A stretch of 64,000 nucleotides of DNA from Eledone cirrhosa (taxonomy: Eukaryota), in the NCBI GenBank assembly GCA_964016885.1, contig OZ024747.1:81344001-81408000 (forward strand), given 5' to 3'. The position numbers and the translations under genes were made by a program. This document shows, piece by piece, positions 1 to 13,751 of the stretch (its first letter is position 1; each line of letters begins with the position of its first letter). The notes under the pieces were generated by a model that did no database searches, had not been told where the DNA came from, and saw only the letters and a program-made list of their open reading frames with translations.

Positions 1-549
1 ATTTTATATTGTTGATAATCAATAAAAACATTCATGTGAAACTGCATCCCATTTAGTTTAATATATATATATATGTATAACCATATATATACTTCCACAT
101 CTATAGGTATACAGAAAGAGATATAGAGATATGTCTGTAGACAGATAGTGTGAGAAAAATACACATATATATGTTAGATATTCACAATTCTAGATAACAA
201 TTTCACAACCCTAAGACAAATAATTTTGAAATATCGTCTGCAGGTTTATGCATCTTTGAACTGAGAAGTGTCAAAAATATTGATTTTGTCCCTTGTAAGT
301 GTTCCTATTTCATTGTGAAATGAGAAATTGTTAGAAATGTGTCAAACAAATTTAGCTATGAATGCTGTAGTTATTCCCTTCATCTCTCACTGGTGGAAAT
401 TAAAGTTCCCTGATACAGGTAAAATATATTCGATGAGGGTCTTTGCAAATAAGGTTCCTGAGTAACAATGTCAACCAGATTATTTTGTTTATATGTCCTA
501 CTATCCTACTGGAATGTCCGGCTACCTGAATTCGGGATGATTATATATA

Positions 550-737
550 TTGGTGAATCCTGGGTTCAATTGCAGCTAACCATAGTAAGTTAAGTACTCA
601 GTATATTAATAGAGCATATACAACAAACTTAATAAACACAATAGCTTCTACAGGACTAGAACTGTTTCATTCGAAGGAAATCTTCAGGAAAGCCCTGATA
701 ATTTCCTTTGAATGAAACAGTTATTATCATGTAGAAG
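550..737 (-). mobile_element. Penelope-like pLTR remnant with fold-back inversion and partial HHR core
   Basis: Bounded by (TA)n. Imperfect inverted repeat 645-737. The minus arm reads CTGAAGA-TTTCCTTCGAAT-GAAA-C...GTC, but no stem I partner is visible. Confidence 0.45.
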
Positions 738-789
738 GTATTTCTATATTAAATTTGTTATATATATATATAATATATATGCATACATC

Positions 790-827
<38 letters not shown>

Positions 828-1002
828 AAAACAAATAACGAAACGAAATTAGATTTCGTTTCGTTTGTAACTCACTTTTGTATGACTGACGAAAAAACTT
901 GGTACATCTACATATGTATACGTGTGTGTATTCATATACATACTAGTATTTCAGTATACATATATGGATGTACATCTTTAACTTAATTATATATATATAT
1001 AT

Positions 1003-1106
1003 ATATTTATTAACATAACATATTAAAGTTTAAGCAAAGAAGATCCTGTTAAGGGTGAAATCAGCGATTCTTTGCTTAAACTTTAATATGTTATTTTAAT
1101 AAATAT
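1003..1106. repeat. Inverted repeat (39-bp arms, 1 mismatch) enclosing a 5'-truncated HHR-like core
   Basis: ataacatattaaagtttaagcaaagaa (1015-1041) is the exact reverse complement of 1068-1094. The enclosed region reads GAAGA-TCCTGTTAAGGGT-GAAA-TCAGCGA-TT. Confidence 0.8.
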
Positions 1107-1161
1107 TTGCTCTACGGTTCTTATATATTTAATATATATTTATCCTTATCAAGCCCTCTTT

Positions 1162-1233
1162 GGATTTTAGTTTTCAAATTTATTATTATTACTATATATA
1201 TAGTTATAATAATAAAGTTGAAAACTAAAATCC
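1162..1233. repeat. Imperfect palindrome centred on (TA)n
   Basis: ggattttagttttcaaatttattattat ... ataataataaagttgaaaactaaaatcc. Confidence 0.75.
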
Positions 1234-1252
1234 GAGGTATGTCCATAGAAAA

Positions 1253-4228
<2,976 letters not shown>

Positions 4229-4254
4229 TATATGTGTGTGTATATATATATACT

Positions 4255-5110
4255 CTTTTTTTCTTTTATTCTTTTACCTGTTCCAGCCATCCGGCTGAGG
4301 CGATGCTGGGGCACCGCCCTTGTTGCTACACATTTTATCTCCAGCCCGTATTGGTTGGTTCTGGTGTAAGAGGGAATTTGTTGCTGCTGCCCTTAGGTTT
4401 CCCTCGCGCCTTGCTGTGGGCTCATCCGGGATCCTGGATAGCAAGGTGTCGAGATGTTCCTTGAAGACATCCACCTCCACAACATGCAAATCTCTCAGAT
4501 CCCTCGGAAGCTTGTTGAACAGTTGAGGACCCTTGAATCCCAGGCTATTGCAATATCTGCTCCTTATCTAGATGTGGAAGACGGGACCTTTGGCACTACA
4601 CAGTGACGTCCTGTTCGACGGTTGGTCCAGCTCCCAATGCCAAAGTTTGGTGCTAGTTCCTCCAGGATTTTCCACATGTAGATCACTGCGTATCTCTCCC
4701 GTCTTCGTTCCAAGGAGTAGGGGTTCAGTTCTTTTAGCCTCTCCTAGTAGCTTATCTCCTTCATCGTGGCAATCCTCTTGGTGTAGCTCCGCTGGATTGC
4801 CTCGAGCTCCGTGGTTAGTTTGACACTATGGGGTGACCACAACTGGGAGCAATAGTCCAGGCGGCTGAGGACAAATGTCTTCCATAGTGTCAACATGGTG
4901 TCTCGGTCTCTTGTCCGGAAATTCCTCAAGATCCAGCCAGTGAGTTGTCTGCACATTGTCGCGACTTTCATGATGTGTAAGGAAAAAGATGCATCATCGC
5001 TCATGTCTATACCCAGGTCTCGAATTGATTTTGACATGGGGATATCAGTCCCTCCTGGTCCTGCGTGACTGTGTTGTACTGTATTTGTGTTTGCAAGTTT
5101 GTATTGTAGG
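4255..5110 (-). mobile_element. CR1-clade LINE 3' end (defective)
   Basis: IRDLGI, WILRNFRTRD, SRLDYCSQLWSP, LEAIQRSYTKRI, SLERRRERY motifs. In-frame stop at 4744. A-rich tail at ~4255-4275. Confidence 0.9.
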
Positions 5111-5139
5111 GCTTGGAATATATATATATATATATGTAT

Positions 5140-5535
5140 ATAGATATTATAAGATATTTAATAGAAATGTAGTTAAAATCAGTTACTCTTGCTGCCCATC
5201 AATGATGTCTAAAATGACCAATTCTAATCGTACAAGAATAAATCCAGGATGCAGTTGCAGGAAGCTGGATGAATGCCCATTACAGGGCAAATGTAATACC
5301 AAATCCGTTGTATATGAGGCCAAAGTGACACCTTTGATTAACAACCAGCCAGCCAGGAGTGAACGATATGTTGGCATGACTCAGGACAGGTTCAAAACCA
5401 GGTTTTATGCATATGTCACTTCTTTTAAACACTTTGATAAAAGAACAGCAACGGCTCTCGCAAATAAGGTGTGGGAATTCAAAGATAAAAACATCCTGTA
5501 CTCTATCGATTGGTCTATTTTAGACCATTCGGGGG
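5140..5535 (+). mobile_element. Penelope-like (Naiad-type) linker + GIY-YIG endonuclease fragment
   Basis: KISYSC...CSCRKLDECPLQGKC..KSVVY...YVGMT...FKTRF...IDWSIL. The CxCx5C motif precedes the GIY-YIG motif. Cut off at the RTE 3' end. Confidence 0.8.
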
Positions 5536-5540
5536 AATAC

Positions 5541-8500
5541 CGTCCGCTTTTCCCTGCTTGCAAGGGTGGGACGGGTCTTATTCAGCACAGCATCTCTCCA
5601 CTCGTCACGGTCCCTCGTCATCTCCACCGTGAGCTTCAATGATCTGAGGTCTGTTCTCACCACCTCCACCCATTTTTTCGTGGTCTACTTCTACCACGTC
5701 TTCCTTCAACTGGCATCTCCTGGCACTTCTTCACCCATCGGTCATCCTCCATGCGCATCACATGTCCATACCACCTCAGTCTCCTCTCTTGCACACTACA
5801 TTCTATCCCTCTCAGACACAGTTTCTCTCTCAACACATTCATGCTGGGTCGTTCACGCACATTTACACTGCACATTCAACGGAGCATGCTTGCCTCATTT
5901 CTCTCCAGCCGTCGCATATTCTCTGCAGTTGCTGCCCATGTCTCACTACCATGCAGCATCGCGCTCCTCACACAGGCATCATACAACCGCAGGGAGAAAC
6001 CTTTCTTCGTCAACAGAGGAAGCAGCTCCCTAAACTTCTTCCAACCCGTCCTTATTCTAGATACTATGGCCTCGGAACACCCTCCTCCCATGCTAAGCTG
6101 ATCTCCTAGGTACCGGAAGCTATCCACCACTTCTATAGCGCCCGCCTGCATCTGAAAAATGTGTCTATCAATGCGACTTCTACTGTCTAATTTCCCTGTA
6201 CATCTACTGCATACATATTTCTCCCTACCTGTTAGTTTGCCTGCTATCCCGCTACATCTCTTGTGTACCCAAGACCTGCATTGTGTGCATTTTATAGAAT
6301 TTATGCCAGTTCCATTTCTGCATATCGAACATGGCCATTTCCCTGATGGAATCAGGGTTTTGTCCTCTTTTCTACTCATCAACACTTTTGTCTTAGCTAG
6401 GTTCACTCTCAGTCCTCTTGCTTCCAACTGCTGTTTCCATAGCCAGAATTTATTCTCTAGCTCCTCTACTGATTCTGCTATAAGAAGCAGATCATCAGCA
6501 TAGAGAAGTTCCCATGGACAGCCAGTCTTGAACTCCTCTGTTATGGCTTGGAGGACTATAATGAACAAGAGCGGGCTGAGGACCAAACCTTGATGTACTC
6601 CTACTTGTATCTGGAATTCCTCACTAAACTCCATTCCTACCCTGACTTTACTGAGAGTACCTCTGTACAAAGTTTGCACTGTCCTCACAAGCCATTTCTC
6701 AACACCTAGCTTCCTTAGGGACCACCAGATGACAGATCGGGGTACCCTATCAAAGGCCTTCTCTAGGTCAACAAAGGCTAAGTATAGTGGCTTATTTTTC
6801 TCTAAGAACCTCTCTTGTAATTGTCTCACCAAGAAGAGGGCATCTGTTGTACTCTTCCCAGGCACAAAACCAAACTGCATCTCATCTAGTTTGACCCTTT
6901 CTCTAATTAGTTGTGCTAATATCCTTTCTGCCACTTTCATAAGCTGATCCATCAGTTTTATACCCCTATAATTGCTCATCTCCAGAGCATCCCTTTACCT
7001 TTGTAGCAATTTATGAGGATACTGCTGCACCAGTCTTTGGGTATGACACCACCATATATAGCCTGATTTATGATGCGTGCAACCAGTTTAGTGCCTACGT
7101 CCCCTGATGCCTTCAGCATCTCAGCAACTATTCCCGATGGTCCAGCAGCCTTACCATTTTTCATTTCCCTAATCGCCTCTTGGACCCTATATTCGTCAAT
7201 CTCAATAGCTGGTCCCTCTGTCGGATCTACTAAGGGTAATTTCTCTCTCTCCCATTCGTTCTTCACATTCATCAGTCTCTCATAATGACATTTCCAGGCC
7301 TCCTTTTTCTGATCATTCGTGACACTAAGTACACCGGCATCATCCAGGACACATTTATCTCCAACAACATCCTGATTTGCATTGACACACTGCCTTGCAA
7401 TGTGGAACACCGCACGCCTCTGATCTTCCCGTCGCAGAACATTGGCAAACCTCCTACTCTCCGCCTCCCTGCGTGCTAAGTACACCTGACGTCAAGCTTC
7501 TCTCTTAGTGGCTGTATATTCTTCCCTACTCCCACCCTTTTTCCAAGCCTTCCATGCTAGTCTTTTGTCTCTAATGGCCTTATCTACTGTCCTGTTCCAC
7601 CACCAGGTCACTCTCTGTCTGGTTGGAGCTCTGCTCCAGCGACAAGTTTCATCAGTAGCCTGTAGTAAGTTGTCACGTAAGAAATTCCAGTTATTATCTA
7701 TGTCATACGTCTCTAAATCGTCTTCTTTTCCGTCATATACATCTTGAAGGGCTTTCCTAAATTTGTATTTTAGTGAAAGGTCTTTTAGCTTCCAGACCTT
7801 TCTTCTTCACACCTTCCTGTATGTCTCATTCCATCTCTTGCTTACTGAGATATCACTAATGACTAACCTATGCTGTGGGGTACATTCTTCCTCAGGGTAT
7901 GCCTTGGTATTAGACACTATCTGCCTGTCCCGCTGCCTAACTAGTAAGAAGTCAATCTGGCTTATGTGCTCACCAGATTTGTAGGTTATTAGGTGATTGG
8001 CAGGTTTCTGGAAGTTTGTGTTGCAAATAGTCAATGTACCTGCATCACAAAATTCAAGAAGTCTCACTCCTTCTTCATTTCTTGAGCCGTAACCGTGCCC
8101 ACCATGTACCCCAGTGTAACCATCCTGGAGCTGTCCAACATGACCATTGAAGTCTCCTGCTAGCATAACGATGTCTCCGTCCTCTGTCATTGCGGTTGTT
8201 TGTAAAAGTTGCTTGTAAAAGTAGTCTTTCTCATCTTTGCCTAGGCCTGCTTGGGGAGCATAGGCCGAGATGATTGTCAGTAGTCTCCTGCCTACAACTA
8301 ATCTAAGCTTAATTATTCGATTACTAACTCGAACTACCTCTATTGTCTTATTGATCCATTTCTCAGCCAGGAAAATGCCTACTCCCCCTAACCCATCATC
8401 CTTACCTACCCAGAATAGCTTATAGCTAGGATGTTTGCCTACGACTAGTCTCGCAGAGGCACCTCTCCATCTCACCTCTTGCACGCAGCACACATCCACA

Positions 8501-8715
8501 TGCATTCTCTCCAGCATCTCCGCTATTTCAGCAGATCTACCTCTGAGAGTGACAACATTAAGTGTTGCAACTCTGAGATGCGACGTCTTCATATTTTGTT
8601 GTTGTTCCTATTTGTTGCTGTGCTGATAAGCGTTTTGGCATTGATACACTGGTTGGATGCCCTTCTTAACACCAGCGCCACTTTACAGCATGGACTGGGT
8701 GCTTTTATTTGTGCC
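5541..8715 (-). mobile_element. Near full-length RTE-BovB-like LINE (family 2), inactivated
   Basis: 5' UTR motif at 8645-8710; ATG at 8592; APE endonuclease (ATLNV, CCVQE, SAYAPQ, AGDFN, QIDF, QHRLV); RT (LLYADD); 3' tail at 5541-5575. Confidence 0.96.
5545..8592 (-). pseudogene. Disabled single ORF (APE-RT-PHD) of the RTE LINE
   Basis: In-frame TGA at 7807-7809, 7492-7494 and 5876-5878. Frameshifts near 6990 (KGKG/DAL) and 5675 (RPRK/TW). 4-aa deletion relative to copy 1 (GFSL----RLYD). Confidence 0.9.
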
Positions 8716-9097
8716 ACCAGCACTAGAGAGGATGTCTTTCTAGACTCAAGGCCCTCTCTACCCCTCCATTTTAAAGCATGGTCATTAAAAAAAAAAAAAA
8801 AAAACTTATTTACACGACACACACACACGCCACTCACATACCAACACTCATTCATGCATACAAACACACACACCACTCACAAACACACACATATATATAT
8901 ATATTAACGGCAGTACTGATACATATACAAAATCAAAATCATGTCAAATGTTGACTTTTCCCAGTCCAGTTCAGTTTTTATATAATAATAATAATAATTG
9001 TTTGCTTTACGCTGGTAATGGTGGTGGTGCTGGTGGTGGATGGTGTCAGTATGGTGATGGTGGTGGTGGTGGAGGATGGTCAGTGATGGTGGTGGCA

Positions 9098-9138
9098 GTT
9101 GTTGCTGTAGTTGTTATTGTAGTTGCTGCTGCTGTTGC

Positions 9139-9199
<61 letters not shown>

Positions 9200-9268
9200 G
9201 CTGCTGCTGCTGCTGCTGCTGTTGTTCGTGTCGCTGTTGCTGTTGTTGTAGTTGTAGTTGTTGCTGTG
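9098..9268. repeat. (GTT)n/(GCT)n trinucleotide microsatellite
   Basis: Source of the poly-V/C/Q/N artefact ORFs. Confidence 0.95.
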
Positions 9269-9400
9269 TTGAAATCTGGTCACATCCACTGAGATATACA
9301 TATACATACACATATACACACATATATATATATGTATATACACATACATACATCAAAAGAGTTAGCAGTATGTCAACAGTCAACAGGTCAGCCACCTTAG

Positions 9401-9475
9401 ATATATATACATATATATATATATGTGTATATAAATATATATATATATATATGTGTATACATATTTATATATATG

Positions 9476-9560
<85 letters not shown>

Positions 9561-9579
9561 ATACATATTTATATATATG

Positions 9580-9666
<87 letters not shown>

Positions 9667-9669
9667 ATA

Positions 9670-9700
<31 letters not shown>

Positions 9701-9703
9701 GTG

Positions 9704-9764
<61 letters not shown>
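9401..9764. repeat. (TA)n microsatellite
   Basis: Direct inspection. Confidence 0.97.
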
Positions 9765-9771
9765 GCAATGT

Positions 9772-10204
9772 TGCATGGCAGTGAGACCTGGGCATTGTGT
9801 GCAGAGGATATACGCAGACTAGAGAGGAACGAAGCTTGCATGCTCCGCTAGATGTGTAATAGTAATATACGTGAACGGCAAAGCATTAACGAACTAAGGG
9901 AAAAATTAGAAATAAGAGGGATCAGATGTTGTTTACTCGAGAGAAGGCTACGTTGGTATGGTCACATGATGCGCATGAAAGACGACAGCTGTATAAAAAA
10001 GTGCAGGGCAATAAAAATAGACGGTAACCACGGAGTAGGCAGACCCAGAAAAACCTGGGACGTCTTGATAAATTCCGACCTCACACACTTACACCTCTCC
10101 AAGACAATGTCACTGGACCGAGATCTTTGGCGGTACTCAGTAATAGAAAAGACCCGCCTTACCTAAATACAAAGTAAAACCTACTACAGTCAGTAGGCAC
10201 CTCT
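9772..10204 (+). mobile_element. Second, short copy of RTE family 1 (ORF C-terminus)
   Basis: Near-identical to ~3335-3768. TGG>TAG nonsense change at 9849-9851. Flanked by (TA)n. Confidence 0.93.
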
Positions 10205-10237
10205 AAAAACCTCCTAAAATATCTGTATATATATATA

Positions 10238-10268
<31 letters not shown>

Positions 10269-10713
10269 GTGTATAAATATATTTTAGGGATATACACTTT
10301 ATTATTATTATTCTCCTCTTGGTCGAGATAAAATTTGGTCGTTTTGACTACTGCTATTTATAGTGGTAGTCGACTGACCTCCCTGCCTCTGCTTCTATCT
10401 TTACACACGGCACTGGACAGAATTGCTTCCACATCATTCATTCTCATCTCGGGAACAATTTTGAATAGCGCCAGTTCGTAATTTGAACTCGGGTATTTTA
10501 TATTCTCCGAGTGAAAAGAACCTTCTGGCGAGAGTTTATCTTTAAAATGGAAGGCCGCAAGGACTGTCCATTTATTTTTGAGGCTCAAAACCGATTCGGT
10601 AAAGGTAACCATAGTGAGTACAGTGAATTTTTTGAAATTTATTTTGAAACTTTTTCTTATTTGCTAAATCTTGATTATATATATATGTGTAAGCAGGGAA
10701 AAGCGGACGTAAA

Positions 10714-10755
<42 letters not shown>

Positions 10756-10767
10756 TATATATATATG

Positions 10768-10803
<36 letters not shown>

Positions 10804-10855
10804 TATACACATATATATATGTGAGAAAAACCACAGACCCTCCATCTCAACTCTA

Positions 10856-10891
10856 CTTTTGAAAAGCAGAAGAACTGCGAAACCGGTAAAG
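10856..10891 (+). ncRNA. Minimal type I hammerhead ribozyme, U3-A8 variant (Penelope pLTR-type)
   Basis: CTT-[TTGAAAA]-GCAG-AAGAA-CTGC-[GAAA]-CCGG-TA^-AAG. Palindromic stem III (ACCGGT). AATAAA at 10898. Confidence 0.75.
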
Positions 10892-11081
10892 GAACCAAAT
10901 AAATATATATATTTAAAAAAAAATAAGACTCCAGTTGCATTTTCGATTTCATCTTTTTTCCTTTATACTTTTACTCGTGTAGGACATGTCGGTTATTTTT
11001 CATTTTGTAAAAAAACCTCACTTTCTAATATATATGTACATATATATATATGTATATATATATATAGTGTATATATATATA

Positions 11082-11114
<33 letters not shown>

Positions 11115-11440
11115 GGAGGCACATGGCTTAGTGGTTAGAGCATTGGCCTTGCAATCGAAAAGTTGTGAGTTCAATTCTCAGACCGGGTGATGTGTTGTTT
11201 CCTTTATTTCACATTGCTCCAGTTTACTCAGCTGTAGAAAAATATAATAGGGACTGGGGTCCCTATCATTCCACTGCAAAGTGGACGTGGAGGCGCCACG
11301 GCAAAAAAGCACCCAGCACTCACTGTAAATGAGGTTGGTGTTAGGAAGGGCATCCAGCTGTAGAAATCAAGCCAGAATCAGTTCCCGTCCCATCCTTGCA
11401 AGCAGGGAAAAGCGGACGTAAAATGAAATGATGATGTTGA
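11115..11440 (+). mobile_element. tRNA-headed CORE-type SINE with RTE-derived middle and tail
   Basis: A box TGGCTTAGTGG, B box GTTCAATTC, CORE-like tttatttcacattgctccagtttactcagctg, RTE 5'UTR motif, RTE tail and (ATG)n. Confidence 0.85.
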
Positions 11441-11496
11441 TATATATATAGCAGGGAAGGGCAGACGTAAGATGATGATGATGATATATATATATA

Positions 11497-11604
11497 TATC
11501 TATCTAAGGCGGGTAAAATTCCCGAGATCCATGGACGAGTTCTCTCCAGCGGTCTCTGTCCTTCATTAACGCTGCCATATCCTGCATCTCCAATAGACCA
11601 GTGT
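11497..11604 (-). mobile_element. Extreme 3' end of a third RTE-like LINE family
   Basis: The minus strand translates TGLLEMQDMAALMKDRDRWRELVHGSREFYPP*, with the DR..WR..V C-terminal signature. Lies within (TA)n. Confidence 0.6.
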
Positions 11605-11698
11605 ATATGTATATATATATATATATATACGTATATTTATATATATATATACATACGATATTAAACAAATGGAAACTATATTTATAAAACCATATTTA

Positions 11699-11760
11699 TT
11701 TCATTATACATATTTCAGGGATACCATATTAAAAATATGGCATGCCTTCTTCAGATAAAA
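11699..11760 (-). ncRNA. Type I hammerhead ribozyme (canonical C3-G8 core)
   Basis: TTTTAT-[CTGAAGA]-AGGCATGCCATATT-TTT-AATATGGTATCCCT-[GAAA]-TATGTA-TA^-ATGAAA, followed by AATAAA. Confidence 0.8.
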
Positions 11761-11835
11761 TACAATATAAAAGCAGTTTTATAAATAAATTTGGCGTACC
11801 ATAAATATTGATCAACTTCCATATATACATATATA

Positions 11836-11871
11836 TTTGTTGTTTTGAATATCGATATTCAAAACAACAAA
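11836..11871. repeat. Perfect 36-bp palindrome
   Basis: tttgttgttttgaatatc|gatattcaaaacaacaaa. Confidence 0.95.
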
Positions 11872-11931
11872 CAGCAGAGGACGCGTCTCGCACCTGTCCG
11901 ACAGACAACCTTTCCCCCACCCCGGAAAAAA

Positions 11932-11967
11932 CCCCAGTTGATGGATGTGAATCCGAAATATATAGGG
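11932..11967 (+). ncRNA. Degenerate hammerhead ribozyme
   Basis: CCC-[CAGTTGA, two mismatches to CTGATGA]-T-GGAT-GTGA-ATCC-[GAAA]-TATA-TA^-GGG. Confidence 0.5.
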
Positions 11968-12213
11968 ACTATTAAATCTCTCCCAAGGTAACTCTCTCTC
12001 GTGTTGTTATTTTTATTTTATCCTTTATACTCTTTCTTTCATTCTTCTACACATCTCATACACACCATGCATCTCAACGTACACCCACTTACATCTCTCT
12101 CTCCACCACCGGATCTTGTTAACCGGAGATTTACTCATTTGCATTGTCGAGGCTTCCAAACGACTTAAAGATATTTACTTATTATTCCACAATGCTTCAA
12201 GCAAACTTCAATA

Positions 12214-12305
<92 letters not shown>

Positions 12306-12449
12306 TATATATATATATATATACATATAGTGTTGATGGTATCAGAGCCTTGGGAGATATATATATATACGCAAAATATATATATATATCCACACGTATA
12401 TATATATATATATATATATACACATGTATATATATATATAGATATATGG

Positions 12450-12496
<47 letters not shown>

Positions 12497-12582
12497 GGAG
12501 GTGAGTTTTATTGTAGTACAATAAAGCAATGCAGATATCGGATAAGTAGCACTCTACAGTTTGTAGGACTGGAGTATACATC

Positions 12583-12611
12583 ATATATAAGATCAAAAGA
12601 TCTTTTGATCT

Positions 12612-12618
<7 letters not shown>
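12583..12618. repeat. Perfect 36-bp palindrome
   Basis: atatataagatcaaaaga|tcttttgatcttatatat. Confidence 0.95.
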
Positions 12619-12688
<70 letters not shown>

Positions 12689-12746
12689 AAGGCTCTGATA
12701 CCATCAACACTATAAACACAGAGCTGGCATATCTAAGAACTGACTA

Positions 12747-12802
12747 ACTGCCTGATGAGGTCATAGCCATTCAATGGCTATCATCGAAATATATATAGCA
12801 GT
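12747..12802 (+). ncRNA. Type I hammerhead ribozyme (canonical core) in a pLTR remnant
   Basis: ACTGC-[CTGATGA]-GGTCA-TAGCCAT-TCA-ATGGCTA-TCATC-[GAAA]-TATATA-TA^-GCAGT, followed by AATAAA. The fragment start (12685-12714) has an inverted copy at 12326-12355. Confidence 0.85.
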
Positions 12803-12853
12803 AAATAAAGGATTATGAGTTCATGCAATTGACTTATGTTTCATCACTATATG

Positions 12854-12972
<119 letters not shown>

Positions 12973-12984
12973 GTGATTTTTTTC

Positions 12985-13380
12985 CCTTTGCCTTGGTCAA
13001 GGCAAAATTCTAGGAGAGGGAAAACTCTGATATAACACCTGCAACCCTGATGGTATCCAATGATGTTGATTTGTTCTTCTTTTTGGTAAATATCATCTTG
13101 GTTAAGAGAGTGGGACTGGCTTTGTGCAGTGCCTTTGCTCACTATAAAAGCTTCACGGCACAGGCATTGCTTTATATCTGGAGATCTCTCTGCACTTGTC
13201 ATCACATGGTTCCATGGGCCCAGCACTATGTGTCAATAATTGTCACAGGTGTAGTGTTTGTACCAGAGTTTTCAAGTCACTGGCTGAACTAAAAAGTCAC
13301 ACTTGTTCAGCGCATTGGTAGGGGTTCTCCTAGATGGATATAAAGTAGTGGGCGTACTCGAAAACGAGTTGGCAGCCACT
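12985..13380. repeat. Dispersed ~390-bp repeat of unknown class, copy 1
   Basis: Highly similar to 60457-60848. One end reads GTGGCTGCCAACTCG on the minus strand, next to a microsatellite. Confidence 0.85.
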
Positions 13381-13403
13381 ATATATATATGTATATATAT
13401 ATG

Positions 13404-13466
<63 letters not shown>

Positions 13467-13488
13467 GTGTGGATAAACAATATGCCCC

Positions 13489-13630
13489 CTGTAGAAATGA
13501 AGCCAGATCAGTTCCTGTATGAGCAAGGCATGGTCAGCCGACCAGACACTGCACACAAGGGGACAACCCGTCTAACCCATGCTAGCGTGGAAGAAGGGAC
13601 GTAAAACGGTGATGATGATGATGATGATGA
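13489..13630 (+). mobile_element. 5'-truncated RTE-tailed SINE-like element
   Basis: Reverse-complement match to 1590-1725; (ATG)n tail. Confidence 0.8.
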
Positions 13631-13662
13631 TATATATATGTATATATATATATATGTATATT

Positions 13663-13751
<89 letters not shown>

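Noticed and set aside
244-294. Possible plus-strand 51-nt exon (ctgcag|...|gtaagt)
   Set aside because: Weak pyrimidine tract and no supporting neighbours on that strand.
5876-7809. In-frame TGA codons as selenocysteine or programmed readthrough in the RTE ORF
   Set aside because: They fall at likely Trp/Arg positions and co-occur with frameshifts; ordinary decay.
8948-9582. Poly-Q/V/C/N ORFs
   Set aside because: Trinucleotide microsatellite with no splice or homology support.
11115-11190. tRNA gene
   Set aside because: A/B boxes are present but the sequence continues into a SINE body with no clean cloverleaf or terminator.
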